The translations under genes were made by a program, and so were the position numbers. The notes under the pieces were generated by a model. That model did not search any database and had not been told where the DNA came from. It saw only the letters and a list, made by a program, of their open reading frames with translations. From contig OX597823.1 of the NCBI GenBank assembly GCA_951406725.2, positions 38,212,001-38,274,000 of the forward strand: a stretch of 62,000 bases of DNA, written 5' to 3'. How positions within the stretch are numbered: the stretch's first letter is position 1; every line of letters begins with the position of its first letter. Shown here in pieces: positions 39,119-53,399 of this stretch. This DNA is from Octopus vulgaris. Lineage: Eukaryota.

Positions 39119-39279
39119 ATTCTTTATTTTCTCTCCTTGTTTCTTTCTGTATTCCTTTCTGTGGAAGAGCATAGGGTCGAAACGTTAAAGACTTTTTCAC
39201 TTCCTGAGCATTATACTAATACATCTGTTTGTTGTCTACATCACCTGTCTTCGTCTTTTGTTTTTTTGTGAACTCCTCC

Positions 39280-39282
<3 letters not shown>
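39119..39282 (+). mobile_element. Short PLE-like repeat with variant hammerhead motif (copy 2)
   Basis: Motif CTTT CTGTGGAA GAGC-ATAG-GGTC GAA ACGT T AAAG at 39155-39190; followed by (TA)n. Confidence 0.6.
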
Positions 39283-39337
<55 letters not shown>

Positions 39338-39484
39338 ATAACTATAATAAATATTAGGGAATAAATCCAAATAATGACAATCTTCAGGTGGATTTCCGAT
39401 AAATCAGAAACAATTGTAGTGGTTTTAACTTTTTATATATGTATATACTTTTGTTTGTTTTGAAAATAGTGGTTTTGTCTCTAA

Positions 39485-39530
<46 letters not shown>

Positions 39531-39607
39531 TAAATATGTATTAGGCAAATCAAACTGAAAAACATAAATCTAATTTTTCCCTGTAAGTTTGGATTTACCT
39601 ATATTAT

Positions 39608-39657
<50 letters not shown>

Positions 39658-39696
39658 GTATGTATATAAACATATATATATATATGTGTGTCTGTG

Positions 39697-39742
<46 letters not shown>

Positions 39743-40396
39743 TATATATACATACATATCTATACTTGTATATATCCTTAGAATACTGATTTTAAATTTT
39801 GGCACAAGGCCAGCAAGTTTGAGGGAAGGGGCTAGTCAATTACATCATATATAGGTCAAGTGCTGGTGGGGGACAAACACAGAAACAAAGATACACACAC
39901 ATAGGTTTATATATAATTATATATGACACTCTTCTTTCAGTTTTTGTCTACCAAGTCCACTGACTAGGTTTTGGCTGGTCTGGGGTTATAGTAAAAGTTA
40001 CTTGCCCAAGGTACCACACAGTGGGTCTGAACCTGGAATCATGTGTTTGGGAAGCAAGTTTCTTACCACATAGTCATGCCTACACCAATATATATTCATA
40101 TCTATACCTATCTCTCTCCTTCTCTCTCTTTCTCTCTTTCTCTTTCTCTCTCTCTCTTTCTCACTCTCTCTCCTTTTTGCATACACACTCGTGCATGCAC
40201 ACACACATACACACACACATGCACACATACATGTGAGTGTATAGGTATGCATACTGTGCGCATATCTATATATCTTGGATAGAGTATGTATTTTCATTTT
40301 CACTGCCTGACACAATTTAAAACTGGCATATGTATATAACTGTATGTATGAATGTATGTATATATATATAGTATACATATGCATACATTATCTATA

Positions 40397-40427
<31 letters not shown>

Positions 40428-40760
40428 TTATCTATTTATCTATCTATCTATCTATCTATTTATTTATATATACACACACATGCATATAAGCATATATATA
40501 CACATACATATACTTATATGTTTATATATATATAAATACAAACACATAGACACACATATTCCCTAGAACACTTGGGAGGAACAAAACTTTCATCTGATCA
40601 AATCAATACATTGATTTCTGATCTATAGACATAATCACTGCCAGTTTGTGAAGAGTCTAGCTTGGAAACTAGTCATTTAGAAGAAATTCTTTGTAATTTC
40701 TCGTCTCACCTCACCCTCTCCTCATGGAACCTGAGAGGCTAAACTCAGCTCATCTTTTAC

Positions 40761-40854
40761 CTCAATGCCTGACACTTTTGTGATGACCAAACAAAATAAG
40801 TCATGATTGATTCTCTTCCACATTTCATTTCTCTTTGTTCTCTGACCGAAAAAT
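40761..40854 (-). CDS. Candidate exon C (phase 1 to 2; alternative acceptor at 40858)
   Basis: tttatttttcAGtcAG acceptors, TGAG|GTAAAA donor; DFSVREQREMKCGRESIMTYFVWSSQKCQAL. A second frame is also open from the upstream AG. Confidence 0.35.
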
Positions 40855-41694
40855 CTGACTGAAAAATAAATTATTTCAAATATTTTAACTGGAACGACTT
40901 TTGGTCCCAATTGATTTGACACTGCTGTATGTTACAGTTGAGTTTAATAATAAGTGGTGGGAAAGGAGAGAGAGAGACAGAGAGAATGAGCGTATGTATT
41001 GTGTGAATGATGTGTGTGTGAGTGGAAGAGAGAGTGTGTGAATAAGAGAGAGACAGAGAGAGAGAAAGTATGTGTTTATGAGTGTATGAGAGAATGATTG
41101 TGTGTGAGGGTGTGTGTGTATGTGTATGCATGCGCGCATGTAAAGTAATACTGTGTGCATATTAAACTTGATATTAAAGTTGTTATTCAACATTTAGCTC
41201 ATTGTGACTCATGACTATGACCGGGTAGCATTGTCTTAGGTGTGTATGCAATCACGAACAGGCACTCATGGTCCCCCACACATCTCGACTCAGTAGAACT
41301 TCCAAGATGTGAAAATTAGAAAGAAAGACACTGAAAAGAGATGGTAGATAGTGGTAATGGGGACTACACCAGCATCAGAGTAGTTCTAGCCTTTGTTACA
41401 GCTGATCAGATATGAGCAACATGAAATAAAATACCTTGCCCAACGACACAATGTATCATCTGCTTCAGAAATTGAACTCATATCTTTGTGATTGTGAGCC
41501 AAACAGTTTAACCACTATGCCACTCACTTTTACAATGTTGCTACAATACTGTGCTTTCAATTTATTTCATAAATTAATGCAGTTTGTCTTCTGTGGACAT
41601 CAAATACATTTATATCGATCATTTAAAATATTTTACATTTATTTTCCTTGGGTACAACAACCCTGAAAGCTGTGGTCTATGATATACTCTCTTT

Positions 41695-41880
41695 TACTTG
41701 TTTCAGCCATGTGACTGTGGCCATGCTGGAGCACCACCTTTAATCGAGCAAATCAACTCCAGGACTTATTCTATGTAAGCCTAGTACTTATTCTATTGGT
41801 TGCTTTTGCCGAACCGCTAAGTTACGGGGACGTAAAACACCAGCATCGGTTGTCAAGCGATGTTGTGGGGGACAAACACA
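41695..41880 (-). mobile_element. SINE 3' module that accompanies family B across a microsatellite
   Basis: cagccatgtgactgtggccatgctggagcaccacc...gtacttattct...ttttgccgaaccgctaagttacgggg; recurs at about 11480, 23340, 27950, 32650, 37855, 42770, 47270. Confidence 0.8.
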
Positions 41881-42389
41881 GACACACAAATATATATACA
41901 CACACACACACATGTACATACATACATATATATATATACATATATTCGACGGTTTTCTTTCATTTCTGTCTACCAAATCCACTCAGAAGGCTTTGGTTGG
42001 CCTGAGACTATAGTAGAAGACACTTGCTCAAAGTGCCATGCAATGGGGCTGAACCCAGAACCATGTGGTTTGTAAGCAAGCTACTTACCACACAGCCACT
42101 CCTACACCTATAAAAGAAGATTCGACCTTGACCGAATTTGAACTCAGAACACAAGACGGACAAAACACCGTTCTTCATTTTCCCCGACGTGTTAACGATT
42201 CAGCCAGCTCGCTGCCTTGAATAAATATATTCATTTATTTTTAAGTAACAATTTGTAAATGGCAGTGTTATTAATTACAGATATCTATTGGGACAATCAC
42301 TGATTCGCACTTCAGATGATGGGAGTGATGAGGGAGTGCTTGTAACTTATTGCAGAACAAATTCCAATGGGGGACCTTGTTTGAAGATC

Positions 42390-42446
<57 letters not shown>

Positions 42447-42690
42447 AGTTTCTTATTGACCCTGAAAGCATAAAAGGCTATACCAAAAAAGCTCTAATGA
42501 CTGCCAATTCACAGCTTAGTTAAGACTTCTTAACCATTTTGTTACCATATTTAGATACAGGCATGGTTCCGGGTTCAGTTCCACTGTTTGGCTACTTGGG
42601 CAAGTGTCTTCTGCATATAGCCTCTGGCTGACCAATGCCTTGTGAATGGATTTGGTAGATGGAAACTGAAAGAAGCCCATCATATATGCA

Positions 42691-42724
<34 letters not shown>

Positions 42725-43935
42725 TGTGTGTGCGTGCGAGTGTGTGTAATTGTGTCTGTATTTATCCCCTACCACTGCTTGACAACTGGTGCTCATGTGT
42801 TTATGTCCCTATAACTTAGCAGTTCAGCATAAGAGACCAATAGAATAAGTACTAGGCTAAAAAAAAAATATAATAAGTACTAGTGTTGATTTATTTGACT
42901 AAAAATTCTTCAAGGCAGTGCCCCAGCATGGCCACAGTCAAATAATTGAGACAAATAGAAGATATGATATTTATGTGGAAAATTTACTGCCTATGTTTCA
43001 ATTAATTTTGAAAATAATTAAGAATTTAGTAAAAATGAATTTGTCATAAAAATCTGGTGTAAGAAGATAACATGAAATTTTGGTGAGAAGTGGAATGACA
43101 TGTTCTATTTGCATGTTAAATTACTTTTCTACTTCATAATCAAAATTAATAATGAAATAAATAAATAAATGCTTAAGAAACTGGTTTGGTTAAGGTAGTG
43201 AATAGTGTGCTGAAGTAAACCAATCCTTTCATCTCATACACTTTACTCTTTGGAAAATACAAAGTTTCCTTATCACTTAATATACAGCAGTGTTGTGAAT
43301 GAGTAAAGTATGCATTTCCTGATTGATCTAACAACAACAAGGATACAGTAATCACAATGATAATAACAATAATAATAATAGTGTCAAATTTTGGCACAAG
43401 GCCAACAACTTTGGGGGAGGAGGTGAGTTGAATACATTGACCCCAGTATTCAACTAGTACTTATTTTATTGATCCTGAGAGGACGAAAGGTAATGCTGAC
43501 ATTGGGGGAATTTGAACTTAGAACATAAAGAGAGATGAAATGCCGCTAAGTGTTTTGCCTGGTGTGCTAATGATTCTGCTAGTTTGCCGCCTTAACAACA
43601 ATGACAATAATGATATTTACTTTATTTATCATTGGGTAAAAACAAATACATTTAAATATGATACTACACACACATGCACACGTACACAGTGCACACACAT
43701 ATATGCACACACATTCACACACATACATATACATACACATGTACACATACATGAGCAATACAGTGTAAGTGGAATTTGATGGGCTGAAACTGTGTAGAAA
43801 CCTGTCATAAACATAGCCATATCTTATGTTCATTTTCCATATTAACATGTGTTAGGTGAATGTATTATTAGTCTTGGTGGTTTGTATAAGATTTTATTGT
43901 TAAAATTTATCTGCAATAAACTGGGTATACTTCTG

Positions 43936-44818
43936 CAGCCTGACTATCAGTCTGAAGAAGACCAAAGTACTGGGCCAAGGTACCAAGCACTCCTCCCCTA
44001 CCATCGCCATCAACAACTACAAGCTGAAGATAGTCCATGAATTCACCTATCTTGGCTCTACCATTGGTGATGACCTCTCCCTGGACCCTGAGATCAACAG
44101 GTGAATCGGACAAGCATCATCCACATTTGCCAGGCTCACAAAGAGTCTGGGAAAGCAAAAACCGGTTGCAAATATCAAGATTGCTGTCTATAAGGCATGC
44201 ACCCTTAGTACACTACTTTACAACAGTGAGACATGGAACCTCTACTCCAGACAGGAGTGGCGTCTCAACATCTTCCAGCTTTGTAATTTGAGACACATCT
44301 TGGATATCAAGTGGGCAAACCACATCACTAACACCAAAGTTTTCAACTGTGCCAAGATACCCAATACACTCACTCTGCTCCAGCAGTGTCATCTGTGTGT
44401 GTGTGCTTGGTCATGTACATCACATACTGAACGGGAGGAACCAAAAAGGCCTCCTGCATGAGGAATTGACTACCAGCACAAGAGCACAAGGATGACCTCA
44501 TCTTCATTTCAAGGATATCTACAAGAGAAATATGAAGTCAACTGATATGGACGTCCTGGGATGGGAGGAGGTTGCAAATGATTGCCCACACAGGAGATGA
44601 AGAGAGCAGGAAAGAAAAAAAAAAAGACAGGAACTTGCCACCAAAGAAAAGGGCACCTGACAGAAAGAAAAACCAATAGCACTGGCAGAGAGTTCCTTCA
44701 AATGCAATCGCTGTATGCATGACTACCACTCCCATGTGGTGCAGATACTGCACCAACATCAGTAGCTGACACGATTTCTTCGAGTACAGATCCATGGCTT
44801 CTCGAGACCAATGGCTAC

Positions 44819-44850
<32 letters not shown>
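43936..44850 (+). mobile_element. RTE (BovB-like) LINE 3' fragment with (CTA)n tail
   Basis: LTISLKKTKVL...EFTYLGSTI...EINR*IGQASSTFARL...KACTLSTLLY.SETW...LRHILDIKW...LGHV; (CTA)n at 44816-50. Confidence 0.9.
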
Positions 44851-45020
44851 GTATATAAAATATTTTAATAATTTTTTAATACAATTCCTTATAATATTTA
44901 AGTATAAAAATGATAGGATTATTTTTAAACGTTGAATGGCTATGAAGGTCCTTCCAAGTAAAATAGAAATTAAAGGGGTCCATAGGAAAAACATAGTTGG
45001 AAAACACTGGTCTGTTCTGA

Positions 45021-45022
<2 letters not shown>

Positions 45023-45105
<83 letters not shown>
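45023..45105. repeat. (GA)n microsatellite
   Basis: Directly visible. Confidence 0.98.
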
Positions 45106-45110
<5 letters not shown>

Positions 45111-45897
45111 ATTAAGTTATATTAAATATACAATAATAATTCTTGATTTATTGAAATTATCTTTGGTTTGGAGATAATAAACTAACAACAAATGGTGATT
45201 GCAACAGATTCTTAATGAGAAGAGATGATCTCAACATTAAAGAATTCTCTGGAATTGATATGTCACTAAGAAGAAGACAGTCTCTCTCTTGCACACAGAT
45301 ATAACACACACATGCACACACACATATGCATGCATACAGATGTACACACACATGACACATATACATGCACATGCAGCACACACACATATGCATGCATATA
45401 GATGCACATACATACACACATACACACATACATACATATGTGAACACACATACACACACACACACACATACCTTATCATCATCATCTTTTTAACATCCAC
45501 TTTTCTATGCTGGCATGAATCAAATAAAATTCATTAAGACAGATTTTCTGCTGTAGAATGCTTTTCCTATCAACAACCCTCATCTGTTTCCAAATAAGGA
45601 AGTATTCCCCCTTGTCATCCATTCAGGAACAGCACACTGGCCAAACATAATTTCACAGAAAATTGCAATCATACTACTTTGTTTGATAGCGATGTTTGTT
45701 TGCAAGACAAAGAGACACAAACACACTCAAGTACAAACATACATTCTTTCAGTTACTGTCTATCAAATCCATTCACAAGGCTTTGGTCAACCCAGGCCAC
45801 TTGCTCAAGTGCTGCACAATGGGACTGAATCTAAAACCACTTGGTTGCAAAGCAAAGTTCTTAACACTCCTTAACTGCACAACAATGCCTGCTCCTA

Positions 45898-45931
<34 letters not shown>

Positions 45932-45933
45932 TA

Positions 45934-46752
45934 TAGTGTGTCCCAAAATTAGAGCAATCAGCTTTTTTCAATTTTGCCAAAGCAAAATATTGCTATATTT
46001 CGGGTCTGAGTGTTGCAATGCAATGGTAAAGGAAGCACTATTATGACACTACCATATTTATTTGATATGACAACTTCGATTTATGAGTCCACACTTGACG
46101 GAAACAGATACACTCCAAAGTCGATCGTTCTGATTGTTTACTGTCTGTTCGATGTCAGATTTCTGTTCATCAGTGAATACCAGGTTGGGCAGCATACCTT
46201 CAGCAATTTGATGCAGGATAAGATGACTTCTCTCCAATTTCATGGCCTTATAAACTTGTATGAGCTCATGACGATTGATCATCTTGTAGGGATAGGTCCT
46301 GAGATCCTCCTTTAGTACTTGATACATCAATGTTCAGCATATTTTTGTTGTGGTAGCCAGTTTTCTGACAGAACGATGAGGATTTTGCCATATCTTTTCT
46401 CTGGTATTTTTGATAAGCTGAGGGGTCCGGACACTTCTTTTTCAGACACATCCAGGCTGAGTAGCAGTGGAACCAGTCTCTTTGAAATTTCTCAACAATT
46501 TTTCAGACTGCTGTTTAGTTAATTTTAAGCTTTTTTGCTATAGCTGTATTACTTTTGCCTTCTTTGTGGAGGGTTATAATTGTATTTTGGTCTATAGCCA
46601 TTATTTAATTTATAAATCTGAACTTATTTAGTTTGAAACAAAAAGAAGATACACTAATATTTTATAATGATGTATAATTTTCATAGCTTATCACATTTAT
46701 TAATAGTTATTAAAGCCCGAAACTTCGGTTGCCTTAATTTCAGGACACTTTG
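45934..46752 (-). mobile_element. Internally deleted Tc1/mariner element with both degenerate TIRs
   Basis: LVFTDEQKSDIEQTVNNQNDRLW; ends TA-TAGTGTGTCCCAAAATTAGAGCAATC and TA-CAAAGTGTCCTGAAATTAAGGCAACC. Confidence 0.8.
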
Positions 46753-47190
46753 TATATGCATACACACATATGCTCAAACAAATAAATAGTATATATATAT
46801 ATATATATATATATAGATGTTTTCAATCTAGTTTGGATTCTTTGCCATCAAATTTGAATTCTTTGCAATCAAATTTGAATTTTTCAATTGGTACTCAAGC
46901 CTTGAAAAAAAAACAGAGTTAAACTACATCAGCCGTAAGGGAATACATGTCTATCTTATCTAACTCGTCCAGTGGAGCCCACTGTTGCTCAAACTTCAAT
47001 CTAACCCTGAGCTTATATATATATATGTGTGTATGTGTGTGTGTGTGGCTGTGCTTTCCAACCACATGGTTCTGGGATCTCTCCCACTGTGTGGAATCAT
47101 GGACAAATGTCTTTTACTATAGCTTCAGGCTGACCAAAGCCTTGTGAGTGGATTTGGTTGACGAAAACTAAAAGAAGCCTATTGTATATA

Positions 47191-47246
<56 letters not shown>

Positions 47247-47448
47247 GTGTTTGTGTTAGCCCCACACCCCCACTTTACAACTTGTGTTGGTTTGTTTATA
47301 TTCACATAACTTAGCAGTTCAGCAAAAAAGAGTGATATAATGAGTACCTAGCTTAAAAAAATAAGTCCTGCAGTTGATACATTTGACTAAAATTCTTCAA
47401 GGCTGTGCATTAGCATGGTCACTCTCTGATGACTGAAACAAGGAAAAC

Positions 47449-47450
<2 letters not shown>

Positions 47451-47512
<62 letters not shown>

Positions 47513-47560
47513 ATAAATAAATACATACATACATACATACATACATACATACATACATAC
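47451..47560. repeat. Compound (TAGA)n-(TAAA)n-(TACA)n microsatellite
   Basis: Directly visible. Confidence 0.95.
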
Positions 47561-47660
47561 AAATATATGTACATGTACATACATACATATACATATATGC
47601 GTATGTGTGTGTGTTTTTGTGCATGTATCAATAAAACTGTACATTATATAGTTACATCCA

Positions 47661-47714
<54 letters not shown>

Positions 47715-50264
47715 CCAACATTTATTACCATTCCTGCACTACCCACATAGAATTCTAACCATTCTAGGTTCTAATTACATCTGTTACATAATTCATAGAT
47801 CTTCAGATTTTATTTCCCTAAGAAATCTTGAAAGTGCTATAATGTTCCCACCATTTTGATCTCGGCTGTTTACAAGATTCATTATATAACATCCATTCTA
47901 ATCAATCTCTTTCTTTCTTTCTTTCTTTCTTCTTACTTTCTTCTTTCTTTCTTCCTTTCTTTCTTCTCTTCCTACTCCTTCTTTTTCTTCTTTCATGATA
48001 AGTGAGAACCATCCAGAAATCAATACTAATGTAAACAATTTTCATGGACAGTTTAACTAAATCTAATATTTAATTAAGTCATGTCATACTGTTCTGCCTA
48101 TTAAGATGTCAGCTTCCATGATGGAAAGATATCAAGTTCCATCTTAGTTTACAGCAGTAAACTGGGATTATACTCAGTAAGTGGGTGTCAGAATATTTAA
48201 ACATGGGGTTTTGAAAACCTTAAGTAGAATGATGTATGTGAGTAGAAAAAATATGTAAAAGTTACTGGATTTTAATATTGATTTCAAATTTTGGCACAAG
48301 GTCAGCAATTTCAGGGGAGGGGGTAAGTTGATAACATTGACCCCAGTATTCAACTGGTACTTATTTTATCAACCCTGAAAGGATAAAAGGTAAAGTTTGA
48401 GCTCAAAACATAAAGATGGACGAAACACTGCTAAGTATTTTGCTCGGCTTGCTAACAATTCAGCCAGTTCGCCATCTTAACTGGATTCTAATCATTTTTG
48501 TTTTCAAGCAAATATGGAAAATACTGCTAACAAACTTGTATCCAATCCAGCCAGGTCACACACCAATCACTATGCTCAGTTCTTCTTTTCCCGAATGTGG
48601 CACATAAAAAGCACCATCCGATCGTGGCTGTTGCCAGCCTCGCCTGGCCTCTGTGCCGGTGGCATGTAAAAAGCTCCATCCGATCGTGGCTGTTTGCCTG
48701 CCTCGTCTGGCACCTGTGCCGGTGGCACATAAAAAGCACCCACTACACTCATGGAGTGGTTGGCGTTAGGAAGGGCATCCAGCCGTAGAAACATTGCCAG
48801 ATCAGACTGGGCCTGTGCAGCCTTCTGGCTTCCCAGACCCCAGTTGAACCGTCCAACCCATGCCAGCATGGAAAGCGAATGCTAAACGATGATGATGATG
48901 ATGATGATGAATTCTCTCCTTGCTTATATCTACTCTGCAGGGGTTGGCTCTGAGTTACACTAAAAAGCATTTGTTTAAAGTACTGTGCAGTGAAATTGAA
49001 CCCCTAGTCACTTGATTGGAAAGCAAACCACCAAACAACAAAATCCTCATTCCTATACTCCAATAAAGAACTGGGAACATAATCCAATTTTTCTAGCCCT
49101 GAGCAAACACTACTTCTCAGTCCTGTTATTGCATAGTTCACCCAACTACAGTGAAAAATTAATATTTTCTGTAAGAATTTCATTTCTGAATAACAAAGAC
49201 GAATTATTGTTAGACACATTGGAGGTTTCCACACAATTAATCTCAGTTGATGTAGTTCTGTTTTTCCATTACATTGCTCTAATAGCTATATCATCATCAT
49301 CATTATTATCGTCAACATTCTCCTTTCCCTCCTTCCTTCCCACTCCACCTCCTCCTCCTCCGTTCTCTTCCTCTCCCCTCCTCCTCTTCTTTATCATTAA
49401 CGTCATCGTCATCCTCCCCTCTCCTTCCTCCTCCCCTTTTCCTCTTCCTCCCCCTCTTCCTCCTCATCCTCCTCTTCCTATTGCTTTTCTTCCTCCTGCT
49501 TCTCTTCCTGCTGCTGCTGCTCCTCCTCCTCCTCCTCCTCCTCCCCCTCCTTGTTGTTGACAAACACTATTGGTGACAGTATCATCATCATTGTCGTCGT
49601 TGTCATAATCAATCGTCGTCATCATCATCATCATTTTATGTCCATCTTTTCATGCTGGCAAGGATTGGAAAAGTCTTGTATTGTTCTCACCAATCATTCA
49701 ACAGAGGTTTCTTCTGCAAATTTGTTTTCTGGTGCCATTGTTAAAAATTGTTATTATTACTAAGCAAGAAAAAAGCACACACCATCAAAGAGATGCTGGG
49801 GTATAAATATACAATGCTCAATATACACATCACCACTACCCATATGATATGTGTACACTAGGCATATGCATCACATCTATATGACTACAACATGGTGACC
49901 TTATATCATCAATATAAATAGTGCATTGCCTTGCAGGTGGGGTCCAGTTAGAATTTCTTCAGGACAAAGAAGCCCATCCTACTCAAAAGGTCCCTGAATA
50001 AGGGTTGTTTAAGAATGATGAATGAACACCCATATTTCCAGGGGGGAATTATTCAAACCTCAAAGAATCCTTTTCAACACATAGCTATGATGCTCCCCAA
50101 CTACTCTTGCTCATGATTAGAGATGTACATACCATCAGCCACTAAAGGACATGCTCAGCTGGTTAAGGTCAAACAACTGATAAGCAAATTTTTGGAACTG
50201 AGTAAAATATTTGCTCTCTTTCAATCTGTTTGGATCAGAAGCCATGCCACCACTGTCTGGTACA

Positions 50265-50990
50265 GCATTATTATTATTTCACATACACACAACAGATTAA
50301 CTGTTGGAAAAGATTTCCTAACATCGGGCTGCAACAAGTAACCTTACATGCCAAGAACCTTCCTAAATATCCTACATGTCCCTAATAACACTGTTTTCTG
50401 GAGCTGCACTAAACTAGGCTTTATGCCTAATTCCTCTATCTATCTATATATCTCTTCAAATCTTTAGGGCTAGTCCCTAATGCATTTATAACAAGAGAGA
50501 TATATTTTATTTGCACTTTCTATAGCCTCTGCAACTCAGTGGCTAGGTTCTGGTACTTTGCTATTTTCTCTATACCTCTCATATTGACTTTCTTATCACT
50601 TGGGACTGTAAAGTCAATTACTTGGCATTTTCTATTCTCTTTGTCCAATACTATATTCTACTCAGTCAGTCTGAATGCAAAAATTCCACAACATCTTTTA
50701 TTTCTAAAACTTTCTTAGACTTTATTAGGTTCATGTTCATACCATTTATCAGTATAGTAAAATCCTAGCATTCTATGTAAATCCAAATGGATTAATCTCC
50801 CTAGGTTTTCCTGTCTTTTCTTGTATTCTTTCTGTCCCAGCAGCATGCTACATTCATTTACTATATGAGTAACACTTTCCGTTTCTTGATTTACATGACC
50901 AACATTGGGAATCTACCTGATTTTTGTCTATTTTTGCTTTTATTCAATTAGTCCTCAATGCTTAATCTTGTGCTGCTCCTAACAAACTTA
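50265..50990 (-). mobile_element. R4-like LINE 3' fragment (zinc knuckle plus restriction-like endonuclease), family X
   Basis: ETESVTHIVNEC...EYKKR...IHLDL...KWYEHEP...VIDFTVPSD...EKIAKYQNLA; ends in (TAA)n. Confidence 0.75.
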
Positions 50991-50999
50991 TTACTATTA

Positions 51000-51530
51000 T
51001 TTGTTGAAAACTCTAGGCTTATTTTGTTGGGCATGATGGACAGTGTCAGCTGTCCACAGCCAGCAGACTAAGGTGACATTTGTTTACTGGTCATGCTTTA
51101 AGAACTCTGTGAAGAATTCTTGCAGTTCCAAGTAATGCTGATTTTTGCAGGTGTTCTACCTTTACACTTGTACCAATCATTTTGAACCATGTTGGTAGTT
51201 GGGTGCTGATACTTCCACGTGCACCAATTACTATTGGTATCATGTCTATTCTCCTCATTGACCACAACTTTTGTATTTTCTACATCAAATTGTCATACTT
51301 GTTCAGTTTTACTTTTTTTTTCTCTTTGATCCTGTTGTCACCGAGATATGCTATGTTGATTATCATGCAAGTTTTTCTTTGTCATTCACCAAAAAAATGT
51401 CCTGTTTCTGATGTCTGGTCAAGTGATTGCATCAAATCATTGCATCACACAGGAATTTTGCAATCTTCATTCTCGGTGACTCCTTCTGGGGTTTTCTCAT
51501 ACCACATCTTTGCTCTTTGTTATCTTGTAT
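51000..51530 (-). mobile_element. R4-like LINE 3' fragment, family Y
   Basis: AKMWYEKTPEGVTENEDCKI...IINIAYLGDNRIKE...KYDNL...MIPIVIGARG...LQKSALLGTARIL; second copy at 54780-55300. Confidence 0.8.
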
Positions 51531-51616
51531 TATTATCATCATCACCATCATCATCATCATCATCATCATCATCACCACCACCATCATCATCATCATCATC
51601 ATCATCATCATATTAC

Positions 51617-51669
<53 letters not shown>

Positions 51670-52671
51670 TATTTTAAAAGGATTGACGTAACTCTTCATG
51701 ACAGTAAATAGACAATACGAAGAGCGTCATGTAATGCAATAGATATTTTATTGGTATGAATGATATTTTGACTACTTGCCTGTCTTTGTCAAGCTCAAAA
51801 TGAAAAGTGATACATAGAAATTCAAAATTATAGAAATTCAAATTCAAAAGTTTGAATGAGGAGATCCTGCATTCCCACTTTCACAGAATGACACCATCAG
51901 TGTTCAATTTTCAATTTTACAACTGGCAAAAAGAAAAAAAAAAAAAGGAAAATCAAAGAAAAAAAAAGAATACAAGTCACAAAATGAGAAACTGACAATT
52001 CTATCAGTTAAAAAACTTAATTGTTTTCGTGCTAATATCAATAGTCAGTTATCATTTCAGGATGCATGCAAATAGGAAGGTCTTACATCAAATATACCAA
52101 TGTGTGCATCACAGCCTGATGATTCATTGCTTCAAAACTTTAAATTGATTAATGAGAGCAATTTATTTCACATAATGGAAGCTATTATTCAACACCATTG
52201 TCAAAATTAATATCACTTGGTGCAGACATTACGAAGAATTTGAGTGTCCTTGAACAGGTATGTTCTAAAAATCGTTTCAGCTATTTCTGTAATTGTCTGA
52301 TGAACTTTGAAAAACTGGAAATTTTGTCCCTGAAGACAAAAAAGAAAAGAAGCTGAAAAGGCTGATTTCCCATTTCTCTGAGACAATGGGCAAAGGAACA
52401 TTTTGGTTGAGAACATTTGCTTTGAAATATGAGAATTCATTTTTACTTTCGGGACAAACTTATTGATGTCAGCTCAAAAATCATAGCAGAAACTTTTCCT
52501 GAAATTCCAAAACAACCAGCCATTTTTTTCTCACATACATTCCACACAGCTCATCATTCATCCATCACACCAGGAGCATCACTTTTCATTTTGAACTCAA
52601 CAAAGACAGGCATGCTGTTGAAATATCGTTCAAAATATCTATTACAATCACATTGTGCTCCTCATATTGTC

Positions 52672-52714
<43 letters not shown>

Positions 52715-53170
52715 TACTTTTAATCTGTATGTTTGTTACAATCATTTGCCGAGACACAACCCTTGTTACAATCACTTGCCAAGACACAGCCCTTGTTATA
52801 ATCACTTGCTGAGACACATCTCTTGATTTCACTTGCTCCGGCTAATTCTATAAGAGTGAACAACAGCCTGTTGTTAAGGTCTCACAGTGTCTCTTTCCAT
52901 GACACTTAACATCCATGTGCCAATCTCAAAATTCCTCAGTAATGCAGGTTTCTGAGAATTGTTCTGCCCCCATGTCAATCCCAATTTCTCCAACAAATTT
53001 CTCAGATCATGTTGGTAATGCTCCCAGTACCCCTACAACTACTGGGATGACAGTCACTTTCTTCATTGCTGATAGTCATAGAACCTTATCTTTTAGTGGC
53101 TTATACTTCTCAATCTTTTCCAGTTCTTTAGCATCAAATCATACAACTCCAAGTATGGCAATATCTATGA
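52715..53170 (-). mobile_element. R4-like LINE 3' fragment, family W
   Basis: IIDIAILG...ELEKIEKYKPLKD...VTVIPVVVGVLGAL; 3' UTR has a 30-bp x3 tandem repeat (52735-52824); same 3' tip after (ATT)n at ~61340-61390. Confidence 0.7.
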
Positions 53171-53399
53171 TCTTGAAGGCGGCGAGCTGGCAGAAACGTT
53201 AGCATGTGGGCGAAATACTTAGCAGTATTTTGTCTGTCTTTACATTCTGAGTTGATAATTGAATGCCAGTTGTGTACTGGGTCGATCTAATCAACTGGCC
53301 CCCACTCTCCACAAAAATTTCGGGCCTTGTGCCATGACTATAAAAGAATATCTATGATCTTGATTTCCTTCATCATTTTTTCAACTACAACAATGTTTA

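Noticed and set aside
42281-42393. Plus-strand exon (YLLGQSLIRTSDDGSDEGVLVTYCRT...)
   Set aside because: Plausible acceptor but no convincing donor, no partner exon and no recognisable motif.
47426-47439. CTGATGACTGAAAC as a hammerhead
   Set aside because: No room for stem II; it is a variant of the common SINE 3' end (atgactgaaacaag).
49012-49563. Proline-rich and arginine-rich ORFs
   Set aside because: Low-complexity (CCT)n/(CTT)n tract; no splice or domain support.
52735-52824. 30-bp x3 repeat as a CRISPR-like array
   Set aside because: Adjacent tandem units with no spacers, inside a LINE 3' UTR in eukaryotic DNA.
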